Shown here piece after piece: positions 8,479 through 18,482 of a stretch of DNA of 64,000 nucleotides. Under the pieces are notes generated by a model that saw nothing but the letters and a program-made list of their open reading frames with translations, had not been told where the DNA came from and did no database searches. Position numbers and translations under genes: made by a program. The stretch covers positions 308-64,307 of the forward strand of contig URGC01000001.1 of NCBI GenBank assembly GCA_900547255.1, read 5' to 3'. Positions within the stretch are counted from its first letter, which is position 1, and each line of letters starts with the position of its first letter. The stretch is from an uncultured Eubacterium sp. GTDB lineage: Bacteria; Bacillota; Clostridia; Lachnospirales; Lachnospiraceae.

Positions 8479-10875
8479 ATGGCAGAGATGATTGATATTA
8501 TGTTTGATAAGCTTTACAGATATGACAGGATAGCTGAACCTTGCGGAGTGTGTATCCCGGTTGGCAAGGGAAAGCTTTACAATACAGATAAAGTGTCAAT
8601 ATATCAGGATGGTGTGAAGATGCTTTCCCAGACTAAGGTTACATCAAGATATCCAGATGGTTCAGTAAGATATATGTATGTAAGATTTCAGGCAGACCTT
8701 CCGGGTAATAAGGGAACAGCACTTAAACTGGCATTTGAGGACTCAGGCAGTGCAGAAGAGAATAAAGACTGCATGAAGATTAAAGTGACAGATAACAGTG
8801 ATGGATATACAGTTGACACAGGCGTGCTTAAATTCAGCGTAAAAGATGATTCAGATGGAATATTTGAGAGCGTGCAGGATGGATATAAAGATTATACTAA
8901 AGATAATTTTGCAGGACCTTTCCTTAAAGATGGCAATGGAATTAAATACGATGTTAAAATCGGTAAATGGTACGTTGCAGAGCAGGGTGATGTGTGCACT
9001 ATTCTTACAGCCGATGGAAGTAATGTATCATCAGGCAGTGACAATACATATAAGTTCCAGATAAGGCTTACTGCATATGCTGGAAAGCCATGGGTTGAGG
9101 TTTCATACAGATTATTTAACACAAGCTCAGATTCACTTCATGTTGCATCATTGTGCTTCTATGCCAAGGCAGATAAAGAAGCTGTGATAGATGACAGATT
9201 ATCAGATATGCAGTATGAGTCAGAGCCTGATTCAACAGGCTGTGGCGACAAGCTTACAGACAATTCCAATACAACAGGGCCTGTATATTTTACAAGAGGC
9301 ATAACAGAGCTTCCAATGTTTGATGAAAGAATTGACGTGTCAGGCGTGAGGACGATAGCGTCAATCTCTAATTATAAGACAGATTTCTTTATAGGAAGAG
9401 ATGGCTGTGAGGTTAACAGGGTAATTGATGACAAGCATCTGATTAATGAAGCTAATGAGCATTTCGGTGAAGTGTTCTATGGAACATTTATGGCAGACAG
9501 AACTGATAAGGACGGCGGTGTGTGTATTACTGTCTATCAGGCGCAGCAGAATTATCCTAAGGCAGTCAAGGCAGATAAGAATGGTATAGTTATCATGCTT
9601 GTGCCAGAGGGAGTTAACAAGGTTGTTATGCATTCAGGAATGGCAAGAGAGCAGAAGTTTTTAATGCATTTTCATGCTCCATCAGAATCAATACTTGAAC
9701 TTGATAACAGAAGCCTTATATACCAGATGCCGGATAAGCCATATATCAGCCCGGCAGTATTCAAAGAAGCAGGGGTTATGATAGATGTATTCCCAGAGAT
9801 TCTGGATGACGATGTGGAGATTGCACTTATTGCTCAGGGCGATTCACATTCAAGGTGCTATGGAATGATGAACTGGGGCGATACAATAGATGCCAATTAT
9901 ACCCGTCAGGGAAGGGGCAATGGCAGGGCTGTATGGAGCAACAACGAATATGATTACCCACATTCATGTGCCTTACAGTATGCAAGAACTGGAATAAGAA
10001 GATTCCATGATTATCTTGTGACAGCTGCATCACACTGGATGGATGTGGACGTGTGCCACTACAGCGATAATCCTTTAAGAATAGGCGGACAGTGGGAGCA
10101 TACAGCGGGGCACTGCGACAACGGACTTATGGTATGCTCACATGAGTGGGTTGAAGGACTTATAGATTATTATCACTTTACAGGTGATGAGAGGGGGCTT
10201 GAGACGGCACTTGGCATAGCTGATAACGTGTCAAGGCTTCTTGATACTCCTATGTATGCAAAGCCGGGCGAGGCAAATGCAAGAGAGACAGGATGGGCGT
10301 TGAGAACACTCACTGCAATGTATGTTGAGACTGGTGATGAGAGATGGCTTGCCAAATGTGAGTGGATAATCAACAGCTTTAAAGCATGGACAGATGAATA
10401 CGGCGAATGGCTTGCACCTTATACCGATAACACAACTGTAAGAGTAGGATTTATGATTTCAGTAGCAGTCGGTTCAGTAATGCGCTATTACAGGGCATTC
10501 CCAAGAGAAGATATCAAGGAAATGCTTCTTAAGGCAATTGACGACTTAATCGAGAACTGTCTTCTTGATGTGGGACTGTTCTATTATAAAGAGCTTCCTA
10601 GCCTTGCAAGACTTGGCAATAATACACTGCTTCTTGAATCGCTTGCAATAGGATATGAGCTTACAGGTGATGTTAAGTACTTAAAGCCGGGTATCAAGAC
10701 ATTTAAAAAGGCAGTTGCAAACATGGCTAAGACAGCACTTGGAGCCAAGAAAATTGTTGAGGATGCAGTTGTTGTTGATGGTGATGGAACTAAGGGCTTT
10801 GCACAGGGACTGATTCCTGTTATTACATATTACAAAGCTATATCTGATACAGGACTGTGGAAACCACAGGCATAG
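8479..10875 (+). CDS. Large cytoplasmic protein of unknown family; beta-rich N-terminal part and W-rich C-terminal part resembling (alpha/alpha)6-toroid carbohydrate-active enzymes
   Basis: ORF 8473..10875 has a GTG start; ATG 8479 lies 8 nt after AAGGAG. No signal peptide. I could not assign a family by eye. Confidence 0.4.
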   Translation: MAEMIDIMFDKLYRYDRIAEPCGVCIPVGKGKLYNTDKVSIYQDGVKMLSQTKVTSRYPDGSVRYMYVRFQADLPGNKGTALKLAFEDSGSAEENKDCMKIKVTDNSDGYTVDTGVLKFSVKDDSDGIFESVQDGYKDYTKDNFAGPFLKDGNGIKYDVKIGKWYVAEQGDVCTILTADGSNVSSGSDNTYKFQIRLTAYAGKPWVEVSYRLFNTSSDSLHVASLCFYAKADKEAVIDDRLSDMQYESEPDSTGCGDKLTDNSNTTGPVYFTRGITELPMFDERIDVSGVRTIASISNYKTDFFIGRDGCEVNRVIDDKHLINEANEHFGEVFYGTFMADRTDKDGGVCITVYQAQQNYPKAVKADKNGIVIMLVPEGVNKVVMHSGMAREQKFLMHFHAPSESILELDNRSLIYQMPDKPYISPAVFKEAGVMIDVFPEILDDDVEIALIAQGDSHSRCYGMMNWGDTIDANYTRQGRGNGRAVWSNNEYDYPHSCALQYARTGIRRFHDYLVTAASHWMDVDVCHYSDNPLRIGGQWEHTAGHCDNGLMVCSHEWVEGLIDYYHFTGDERGLETALGIADNVSRLLDTPMYAKPGEANARETGWALRTLTAMYVETGDERWLAKCEWIINSFKAWTDEYGEWLAPYTDNTTVRVGFMISVAVGSVMRYYRAFPREDIKEMLLKAIDDLIENCLLDVGLFYYKELPSLARLGNNTLLLESLAIGYELTGDVKYLKPGIKTFKKAVANMAKTALGAKKIVEDAVVVDGDGTKGFAQGLIPVITYYKAISDTGLWKPQA

Positions 10876-11126
10876 AAAATTTATAACTGGATGATTAATA
10901 TAATACGCCTTATAGCATAACTCTGCTATAAGGCGTATTTGATATTGCAGTATAAGCTGTCCATAGTTTTAAACTATGGATAACCTATATTTTTATCTAT
11001 TGTACAGAAAATATAGCTCAATTTATAATGAAGAACAGCTCTGCGGCAGCTTAATTGACGTAATATTCTAAAGGTAGTACAATATAATATATTTATGAAA
11101 ATTCGTACTAACAGGAGGATTATCAC

Positions 11127-11963
11127 ATGCGTTTAGGTATCAGAGCACATGACGTGGCATATGCGCCACTTGAACAGTTAATTCCTAATATTCACAATCA
11201 GGGATTTAAATGTATGCATATAGCATTAAGCAAATCAATCAAGGAGTTCAAGCCAGATATATGTACAATGACTCCGGGACTTGCTATGTATATGAAGGAA
11301 CTTTGTCAGGAGAATAAGGTAGATGTTGCTGTACTTGGCTGTTATCTTAACCTTTGCAATCCTAATCCAGAGAAGCATGCGCAGATAGTTGAGAAGTACA
11401 AGGCTCATATCAGATTTGCAAGCATACTTGGATGCGGCGTTGTGGGAACAGAGACAGGTGCTGTCAATGAAGAGTACAAGTATGAGCCAGCTAACCATAC
11501 AGAAGAGGCTTTAGAGGAATTCATTAAGAATTTAAGACCAATCGTTAAATATGCTGAGCAGTTCGGTGTTATAGTGGCAATCGAGCCAGTATGGAAGCAT
11601 ATCGTGTATACAGTTGAGAGAGCAAGAAAGGTTCTTGATGCAATTGACTCACCTAACCTTCAGATAATATTTGACCCGGTTAACCTTTTATGTGTAGATA
11701 ATCTTTCACAGCAGGATGAGATTATAGAGAAGGCATTTGAACTTTTAAGAGACGAGATTGCTATTGTACACTGCAAGGATTATGTTGTTGAGGGTGATGA
11801 GCTTAAATCAATAGCAGCAGGTACAGGCGGACTTAATTATCCACTTCTTTTAAAGAAGATTAAGGAGTATAAGCCATATGTACATGTTACTCTTGAGAAT
11901 ACTGTTCCAGAGAATGCAATAGCAACAAGAGAATTTATGGAAAGAACATACGCACAGGTGTAA
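11127..11963 (+). CDS. Xylose-isomerase-like TIM-barrel (AP endonuclease 2 superfamily) protein; candidate CbiR-type cobamide-remodeling phosphodiesterase
   Basis: Sugar-phosphate isomerase/epimerase fold motifs. First gene of the cobamide salvage operon. RBS AGGAGG. Confidence 0.55.
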   Translation: MRLGIRAHDVAYAPLEQLIPNIHNQGFKCMHIALSKSIKEFKPDICTMTPGLAMYMKELCQENKVDVAVLGCYLNLCNPNPEKHAQIVEKYKAHIRFASILGCGVVGTETGAVNEEYKYEPANHTEEALEEFIKNLRPIVKYAEQFGVIVAIEPVWKHIVYTVERARKVLDAIDSPNLQIIFDPVNLLCVDNLSQQDEIIEKAFELLRDEIAIVHCKDYVVEGDELKSIAAGTGGLNYPLLLKKIKEYKPYVHVTLENTVPENAIATREFMERTYAQV

Positions 11964-11967
11964 GGAT

Positions 11968-12243
11968 ATGTGGGTTTTAATATTATTATATCTGTTTGTA
12001 GCCAATGTTGTAACATTTGTGATATTCGGCATTGATAAGCACAAGGCAATTAAGCATGAGTGGAGAATACCGGAAGGTTCACTTATGGGATTTGCAGCGT
12101 TAGGTGGAGCACTTGGGGCACTGCTTGGAATGAAGTTTTACAGACATAAGACCAGGCATGCAAAGTTTACAGTTGGTGTTCCGCTGATACTTGTTACACA
12201 TATATTTTTACTTATAATGCTATACATGTACATTCCGTATTAG
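11968..12243 (+). CDS. DUF1294 family small membrane protein
   Basis: Two TM helices and the conserved FGIDK.KA...WRIPE motif. Starts 4 nt after the previous gene ends. Confidence 0.7.
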   Translation: MWVLILLYLFVANVVTFVIFGIDKHKAIKHEWRIPEGSLMGFAALGGALGALLGMKFYRHKTRHAKFTVGVPLILVTHIFLLIMLYMYIPY

Positions 12244-12260
12244 ACAGAAGGCTGGAGATA

Positions 12261-12536
12261 TTGATGAGTGGGAATAATTATAAGTTTTTCTGTAATCATG
12301 ACTGCGAGTATTACCCATGTCATAAGATGCCGGATGGCGAGGAATTAAACTGCCTGTTCTGCTATTGTCCGCTGTATGCACTTGGCAAAGAGTGTGGCGG
12401 CAATTACCGTATAACAGCCAAGGGGATAAAGGACTGCACCAATTGTACAGTCTGCCATGGCAAAGATGGGTATGAGCACGTCAGGAGTAAGATTGGCGGT
12501 ATTATCAGCAGAGTTTCTGATAATCTGTCTGAATAA
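12261..12536 (+). CDS. Cysteine-rich small domain protein (10 Cys in CxxC-type spacing)
   Basis: CNHDCEYYPCH...CLFCYCP...CTNCTVCHG. Co-operonic with the B12-type ABC importer. Confidence 0.6.
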   Translation: MMSGNNYKFFCNHDCEYYPCHKMPDGEELNCLFCYCPLYALGKECGGNYRITAKGIKDCTNCTVCHGKDGYEHVRSKIGGIISRVSDNLSE

Positions 12537-12561
12537 CGACAATGATAAAAGGGGAAAGATA

Positions 12562-13734
12562 ATGATTAAGAAAAACATTTTCAAGAAAATTGCAGCCTGT
12601 GTAATGATAGCAGTTATGGCTGTGTCTGTAGCAGCATGTGGCAGCACTAATGCCGACAGCAATAACAAGGCAGCCAATGAGGCATCACAGTACTCAGGCA
12701 AGCTTGAGCTTGACCACAGCGTTGAATTCAAGTATGCAAAAAATATATCTATAGATGTATACAAGGGCGGATATAAGATGATTAAGATTACACAGAACAA
12801 TCCGTTCCTTGTAGTTCCAGAGGGAATGGCAGTTCCAACTGATATTGGCAGTGATGTATGTGTATTACAGCAGCCAATTGACAATATTATAGTATCATCA
12901 ACACCAACAATGTCATTACTTAATTCATTAGATTGTCTTGATAAGGTATCTCTTACAACAACAGACAAGAGTGGATGGTATATTGACAGTGTTAAGAACA
13001 AGCTTGAATCAGGTGACATTAAGTATATTGGTTCTTATCAGGAGCCAGATTACGAGATGATTGCTGCTTCAGGTTCTACATTTGGTGTATTCTCAACTAT
13101 GTTAAAGGATGAAGTTGCAGACAAGCTCAAGCAGCTTAATGTCAATTACATTCTTGACCAGTCAAGTGCAGAGGATCATCCATTAGCAAGAGTTGAATGG
13201 ATTAAGGTGTACGGAGCTTTATTTAACAAGGAAGCTGAGGCTGATAAGCACTTTGCAGAGCAGGAGAAGCTTGTAACAGATATACAGAATAATTCTAAGA
13301 CAACAGATAAGACTGTAGCAGTATTCTATATAACATCCAAGGGCGACCTTTATACACGTAACAGTGATGATTACATGACTAAGATGGTAACACTTGCCGG
13401 TGGTAAGTATGTCCTTGATGGCAAGGTTGGTGTAGGCAAGACTGGTACAACTAAGATGGAGGCAGAGGCTTTCTATTCATCAGCTAAGGATGCAGATATT
13501 ATTATCTATATCTGGAGCATGGGCGGCAAGCCAGCTACAATAGCAGACCTTGTTGCAAAGAGTGAAGTACTTGGTGATATGAAGGCTGTTAAGGATGGCA
13601 GCGTATGGTGTACTACAGCAGATTTCTTCCAGACATCAAGCACAATTGGTAATATAATCAGCGATATCAGCAAGGTTGTAACATCAACAGATTCTAATAC
13701 AGATAAGTACACATATCTGTTCAAGTTAAAATAA
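12562..13734 (+). CDS. ABC transporter substrate-binding lipoprotein (BtuF/FecB-type, cobamide or iron-siderophore)
   Basis: ORF 12457..13734. RBS AAAGGGGAAAG before ATG 12562. Lipobox AACGS. Periplasmic-binding-protein type 8 architecture. Confidence 0.75.
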   Translation: MIKKNIFKKIAACVMIAVMAVSVAACGSTNADSNNKAANEASQYSGKLELDHSVEFKYAKNISIDVYKGGYKMIKITQNNPFLVVPEGMAVPTDIGSDVCVLQQPIDNIIVSSTPTMSLLNSLDCLDKVSLTTTDKSGWYIDSVKNKLESGDIKYIGSYQEPDYEMIAASGSTFGVFSTMLKDEVADKLKQLNVNYILDQSSAEDHPLARVEWIKVYGALFNKEAEADKHFAEQEKLVTDIQNNSKTTDKTVAVFYITSKGDLYTRNSDDYMTKMVTLAGGKYVLDGKVGVGKTGTTKMEAEAFYSSAKDADIIIYIWSMGGKPATIADLVAKSEVLGDMKAVKDGSVWCTTADFFQTSSTIGNIISDISKVVTSTDSNTDKYTYLFKLK

Positions 13735-13735
13735 A

Positions 13736-14779
13736 ATGAGTAAGACAGGATTGTTATCAAATAAAAATAACGGACTCAGGTATCTGCTTGTATTAATATT
13801 CCTGATTTTTATGTTTGTGCTGGCTGTTATTGCTAATATCAATACAGGAAGCGTGCATATTAACGTAAAAGAAATTTTTGACATTATCGTGTTAAAGAAG
13901 CAGACGGATATATCGAGTTATAATATAATATGGAAGATAAGACTTCCAAGAATGATGACAGCAGCGGTGCTTGGCGGGGCTTTAGCCCTGTCAGGCTTTC
14001 TTTTGCAGACTTTTTTCCGCAATCCGATAGCTGGTCCATATGTGTTAGGAATCTCGGCGGGAGCTAAAATGCTTCTTGCGGCATTTACAATTGTGTTTGC
14101 ACAGTTCTTTTCTTCTATGCCGGTAGGTCTTACAGTTATTGTAACATTTGCAGGTTCAATGATATCAATGCTGTTCGTGCTGTTGTTTGCGGGATATGTG
14201 CATAATATGTCTGTACTTCTCGTTATAGGAATAATGGTAAGTAATATATGCAGTGCAATTACAGATTTTATGATTAACTTTGCCAATGAGGCGCAGATTG
14301 TCAATCTGACACACTGGTCACTGGGAAGCTTTTCAGGAGCCAGATGGTCTGATGTCAAGGTTGCATCTGTGATTGTATTTACAACATTTATAATGACGAT
14401 ATTTGTAAGCAAGCCAATGTCTGCATATCAGCTTGGAGAGGGATATGCAAGAAGCATGGGCGTTAATATCAAGCTGTTCCGTATAGTGCTTATTATTCTT
14501 TCAAGCATGCTGTCAGCGTGTGTCACAGCTTTTGCCGGACCTATAGCATTTGTGGGAATAGCGGTGCCACATATAACCAAGCTTATGTTAAAGACATCTA
14601 AACCGATTATCATGATACCGACTGTTTTCCTGACAGGTGGAGTGTTCTGTATGCTCTGTGACCTGTGTGCAAGGACAATTCTTTCTCCTACAGAATTATC
14701 ACTTGGAACAGTGACATCAATCGTTGGTGCGCCAGTTGTCATAGCACTTATGCTTAAACAGAGAAAGGGGCAGCAGTGA
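13736..14779 (+). CDS. ABC transporter permease, FecCD/BtuC family
   Basis: Multi-TM protein with a FecCD signature. Overlaps the ATPase start (ATGA). Confidence 0.85.
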   Translation: MSKTGLLSNKNNGLRYLLVLIFLIFMFVLAVIANINTGSVHINVKEIFDIIVLKKQTDISSYNIIWKIRLPRMMTAAVLGGALALSGFLLQTFFRNPIAGPYVLGISAGAKMLLAAFTIVFAQFFSSMPVGLTVIVTFAGSMISMLFVLLFAGYVHNMSVLLVIGIMVSNICSAITDFMINFANEAQIVNLTHWSLGSFSGARWSDVKVASVIVFTTFIMTIFVSKPMSAYQLGEGYARSMGVNIKLFRIVLIILSSMLSACVTAFAGPIAFVGIAVPHITKLMLKTSKPIIMIPTVFLTGGVFCMLCDLCARTILSPTELSLGTVTSIVGAPVVIALMLKQRKGQQ

Positions 14780-15885
14780 TGGGGAAAACGTATATAAGTA
14801 CAGATAATCTGTGTGTCGGTTACAGTGGCAGGACAGTTGTTGACAATGTCAATATAGATGTAAAAAGGGGCGAGATATTAGCCCTTATCGGGCCTAATGG
14901 CGCAGGAAAATCTACTATTCTAAAGACACTTACAAGACAGTTATCCAAAATAAGCGGTGTCGTAATGCTTGATGATACTGAGCTTAATAAAATCAGCGTA
15001 AGAGACCTTGCAACCAGAATGTCAGTTGTGCTGACAGAAAGAATAGAGCCAGAGCTTCTTACATGTAAAGATGTTGTTGCTATGGGACGTTATCCTTATA
15101 CTGATGGCTTTGGAAGGCTGACAGATGAGGACGAAAGAATTGTGCGTGAATCACTTGAGAGTGTCAACGGACTTGAACTTGCTGATAAAAGTTTTGATGC
15201 CATAAGTGATGGACAACGCCAGAGAATCATGCTTGCGAGGGCATTGTGCCAGCAGCCGGATATAATGATACTTGATGAGCCGACATCGTATCTTGATATA
15301 CGATATAAAGTTGAACTTCTTAATATATTAAGAGACATGGCAAACCGTGGTATTACAATAATTCTTTCTCTGCATGAGATTGACCTTGCGTATAAGCTTG
15401 CTGACAGAATTCTATGTGTCAATGGCAAAGAGATGCTTATGCTTGGAACGCCGGAAGAGATCTTTAGTGGCAATACAATAGAGAAGCTGTTTGGACTTGA
15501 AGAAGGTGTATATGAGAACAGGTTTGGAAGCGTTGAATTGAAAAAATCGGACAATACTCCGGACGTCCTTGTTATAGGCGGCAGCGGCAGTGGAATAGAA
15601 GTTTACCGCAGATTACAGAAGAAGGGCAGGGCATTTTATGCAGGGCTGCTTTATGAAAATGACTGTGATATTCCGGTAGCAAAGGCACTTGCCACAGATG
15701 TTGTGGCTGAGAAGGCATTTATGCCAGTATCAGATGAGAACAAGAATAGAATGTATAAGCTGCTTGAGAGTGTGGATTATGTAATTGACTGTGGATGCGG
15801 GCATGGCGAATATGATAAGATTAACAGTGAAATTATCCGGCTTGCAGAGAGTAAAGGCAAATTAACAGACATAAGCAGCTTATGA
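14776..15885 (+). CDS. ABC transporter ATP-binding protein (BtuD/FecE-like) with ~110-aa C-terminal extension
   Basis: Walker A GPNGAGKST, signature SDGQRQR and Walker B ILDEP. Extra C-terminal domain contains GGSGSG and CGCGHG. Confidence 0.85.
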   Translation: MMGKTYISTDNLCVGYSGRTVVDNVNIDVKRGEILALIGPNGAGKSTILKTLTRQLSKISGVVMLDDTELNKISVRDLATRMSVVLTERIEPELLTCKDVVAMGRYPYTDGFGRLTDEDERIVRESLESVNGLELADKSFDAISDGQRQRIMLARALCQQPDIMILDEPTSYLDIRYKVELLNILRDMANRGITIILSLHEIDLAYKLADRILCVNGKEMLMLGTPEEIFSGNTIEKLFGLEEGVYENRFGSVELKKSDNTPDVLVIGGSGSGIEVYRRLQKKGRAFYAGLLYENDCDIPVAKALATDVVAEKAFMPVSDENKNRMYKLLESVDYVIDCGCGHGEYDKINSEIIRLAESKGKLTDISSL

Positions 15886-15934
15886 TAGTAATGGCGAATT
15901 ATAGAAATCTGAATAATATATAGGAGCAGATGAC

Positions 15935-17374
15935 ATGATAAAGAATAAACTTCCAAGAATCCTTATATCGGCGGCTTCGAGTGGAAGCGGCAAGACAACA
16001 TTTACATGTGCGCTGCTCTATTACCTTAAAAGACATGGATTTAATATTAATGCATTCAAATGCGGACCAGATTACATTGACCCGATGTTTCACCGGGTTA
16101 TATCAGGTGTGGAATGTATTAATATTGATCCATTTTTTTTAAATGCAGACAGTGATGCGGCATGCAGTCTGATTTCACGATATTCTGCCGGCAGTGATAT
16201 AGCGGTTATAGAAGGCGTTATGGGATTGTATGATGGTAAAAATGCACAGTGTGACTACAGCACATACTCAGTTGCCAGAATGACTAAAAGCCCGGTTGTT
16301 GTGGTTGTCAATGCCAAGGGCACTTCGCTTACAGCTCTTGCAATGGCAGAGGGAATAGCGGGATTTGGTGATGAAAGCATTGTCAAAGGCATTATATTTA
16401 ACAACATGGGCGATGTTGTATACAATCAGGTTTTGGATGAGTATAATGAAAAATATACTAATAATGGCAGAAAGTGTGATTTTGAAATAATCGGACATAT
16501 ACGAACCATGCCCAAAGAGCTTATGATGGAAAGCAGACATCTTGGACTTATAACACCAGACAATACAGATGGTATTAAAGACAGGATTGCCAGAATGTAT
16601 GAGCATATGAAGGATTCAATAGACTGGGCGAAGCTGGTGCGTATCGCAGAGTCAGCACAAGAATATGAGGACACAGTAAGCCTGCCTGGGAATAAAACAC
16701 ACAATGCAGAAAATAATGCAGCGGCTGGAAGTGACAAGCCGGTTATCGCTGTTGCCAAGGATGATGCATTTAATTTTTATTATAAGGAGAATCTGCGTGC
16801 GCTTGAGAGGGCAGGAGCGGTTATTGAATATTTCAGCCCGCTTGCAGATGAAGCAGTTCCAAAGAGAGCCAGTGGATTATATATTGGCGGTGGATATCCT
16901 GAAAGTTACACTGAAAAATTAAGCCGGAATGAGAATACTAAGGAATCAATCAGAAATGCTGTGGCTTTACATATGCCAGTGGTTGCTGAGTGTGGCGGAT
17001 TTATGTATCTTACAGATTCTATTGATGGAGCTGGTATGTGTGGTATTATTAAAGCAGACAGCACATACATAGGGCATCTTGTAAGATTCGGATATACAAC
17101 ACTCACGGCAAAGAGTGATAATGTTATTATGAAGGCAGGACAGAGCGTGAGGGCACATGAGTTCCATTATTATGACACTACTGATAATGGGGCAGATTAT
17201 GTGGCTGTCAATCTTAAAGGCATATCTTATGACTGTGTGACAGCTAATGAGTGGATGTATGCAGGGTTCCCACACATATACTTTCCATCATGTGAAGGTC
17301 TGGCAGAAAGATTTATAGATAAGTGCAGGAATTATTGCTGCGAAAAGATATGCAAACAGGAGCTATTCCTGTAG
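15935..17374 (+). CDS. cbiA: Cobyrinate a,c-diamide synthase
   Basis: N-terminal AASSGSGKTT P-loop plus C-terminal glutamine amidotransferase domain. Confidence 0.85.
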   Translation: MIKNKLPRILISAASSGSGKTTFTCALLYYLKRHGFNINAFKCGPDYIDPMFHRVISGVECINIDPFFLNADSDAACSLISRYSAGSDIAVIEGVMGLYDGKNAQCDYSTYSVARMTKSPVVVVVNAKGTSLTALAMAEGIAGFGDESIVKGIIFNNMGDVVYNQVLDEYNEKYTNNGRKCDFEIIGHIRTMPKELMMESRHLGLITPDNTDGIKDRIARMYEHMKDSIDWAKLVRIAESAQEYEDTVSLPGNKTHNAENNAAAGSDKPVIAVAKDDAFNFYYKENLRALERAGAVIEYFSPLADEAVPKRASGLYIGGGYPESYTEKLSRNENTKESIRNAVALHMPVVAECGGFMYLTDSIDGAGMCGIIKADSTYIGHLVRFGYTTLTAKSDNVIMKAGQSVRAHEFHYYDTTDNGADYVAVNLKGISYDCVTANEWMYAGFPHIYFPSCEGLAERFIDKCRNYCCEKICKQELFL

Positions 17375-17414
17375 AAATATAAATGAATGTAGGAAATGTA
17401 ATGTAGGAAATGTA

Positions 17415-18482
17415 ATGGATAAGATAACTTCTATAGAACAGGTAATTGCTGGGATTAAGCCGGCTTCGGATAAGCTGAAGGCTGATACGAGAAAAAGAAT
17501 AGATAATATTGCAAAGCCTCTTAATTCCCTTGGAATGTTAGAGGATGTTCTTGTGAGATTAGGTGGGGCTGGCATACTTAAAAAAGCATATAATCCGTGT
17601 GTTGTCGTCATGTGTGCAGATAATGGAGTTGTCGCGGAGGGCGTGTCGCAGACAGGCAGTGATGTGACAGCCAAGGTTGCGGCTAACATGACAAGAAATA
17701 TGTCAAGCGTATGCCTTATGGCTTCATCAATAAGCGTGCCGGTATATCCATATGATATAGGCATGATTACAGACGTTGATGGAGTGACATCAATTAAGAC
17801 AATGTATGGGACAAAAGATTTCTATAATGAACCTGCCATGTCAAGAAATGCGGCAGAGCAGGCTGTTATATCAGGAATCAATACTGCAATTGATATGTAT
17901 AACCAGGGGTTTGACATGATTGCAACAGGGGAGATGGGAATAGGCAATACAACTACTTCATCGGCTGTTGCATCAGTTCTTACAGGTCAGGGTGTGACTG
18001 TTATGACTGGACGAGGAGCTGGATTATCAGATGATGCACTTGCAAGAAAGATAGAAGTCATAAGACATGGAATCGATACATTAAAACCTGATAAATCAGA
18101 TGTGACAGATGTTATATCCAAGGTCGGAGGGCTTGATATAGCGGGTATGGCTGGACTTTTCTTAGGCGGTGCATACTGTGGCATGCCAGTTATTATTGAT
18201 GGCTTTATATCCGGTGTTGCAGCACTTGCTGCGGCAAAATTATCGCCAGCATGCGTGGATTACATGATTGCTTCGCATATGTCAAAAGAACCAGGCTCTG
18301 TAAAAGTATTTGATGAGCTGCGACTCAGCCCCCTTATGTCAATGGGAATGGCTCTTGGAGAGGGAACAGGTGCAGTTACTGTAATACCTCTTATCAATAT
18401 GGCAGTATCAGTGTATTATGGAATGCCTACATTTGATAAGCTTGATATGGAGGCATATAAGGATTATGATAGAGAAGATTAA
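17415..18482 (+). CDS. cobT: Nicotinate-nucleotide--dimethylbenzimidazole phosphoribosyltransferase
   Basis: CobT family motifs (GEMGIGNTT). Confidence 0.85.
   Translation: MDKITSIEQVIAGIKPASDKLKADTRKRIDNIAKPLNSLGMLEDVLVRLGGAGILKKAYNPCVVVMCADNGVVAEGVSQTGSDVTAKVAANMTRNMSSVCLMASSISVPVYPYDIGMITDVDGVTSIKTMYGTKDFYNEPAMSRNAAEQAVISGINTAIDMYNQGFDMIATGEMGIGNTTTSSAVASVLTGQGVTVMTGRGAGLSDDALARKIEVIRHGIDTLKPDKSDVTDVISKVGGLDIAGMAGLFLGGAYCGMPVIIDGFISGVAALAAAKLSPACVDYMIASHMSKEPGSVKVFDELRLSPLMSMGMALGEGTGAVTVIPLINMAVSVYYGMPTFDKLDMEAYKDYDRED

Noticed and set aside
10876-11126. Possible cobalamin riboswitch upstream of the cobamide operon
   Set aside because: I saw only two simple hairpins (terminator-like ACGCCTTATAGC/GCTATAAGGCGT and CCATAGTTTTAAACTATGG). 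There is no B12-box/GCCACTG core and no multi-stem junction. Needs cmsearch to be sure.
12345-13019. 224-aa minus-strand ORF overlapping the BtuF-like SBP gene
   Set aside because: It is antisense to a well-supported lipoprotein gene and its translation is low complexity. Spurious.
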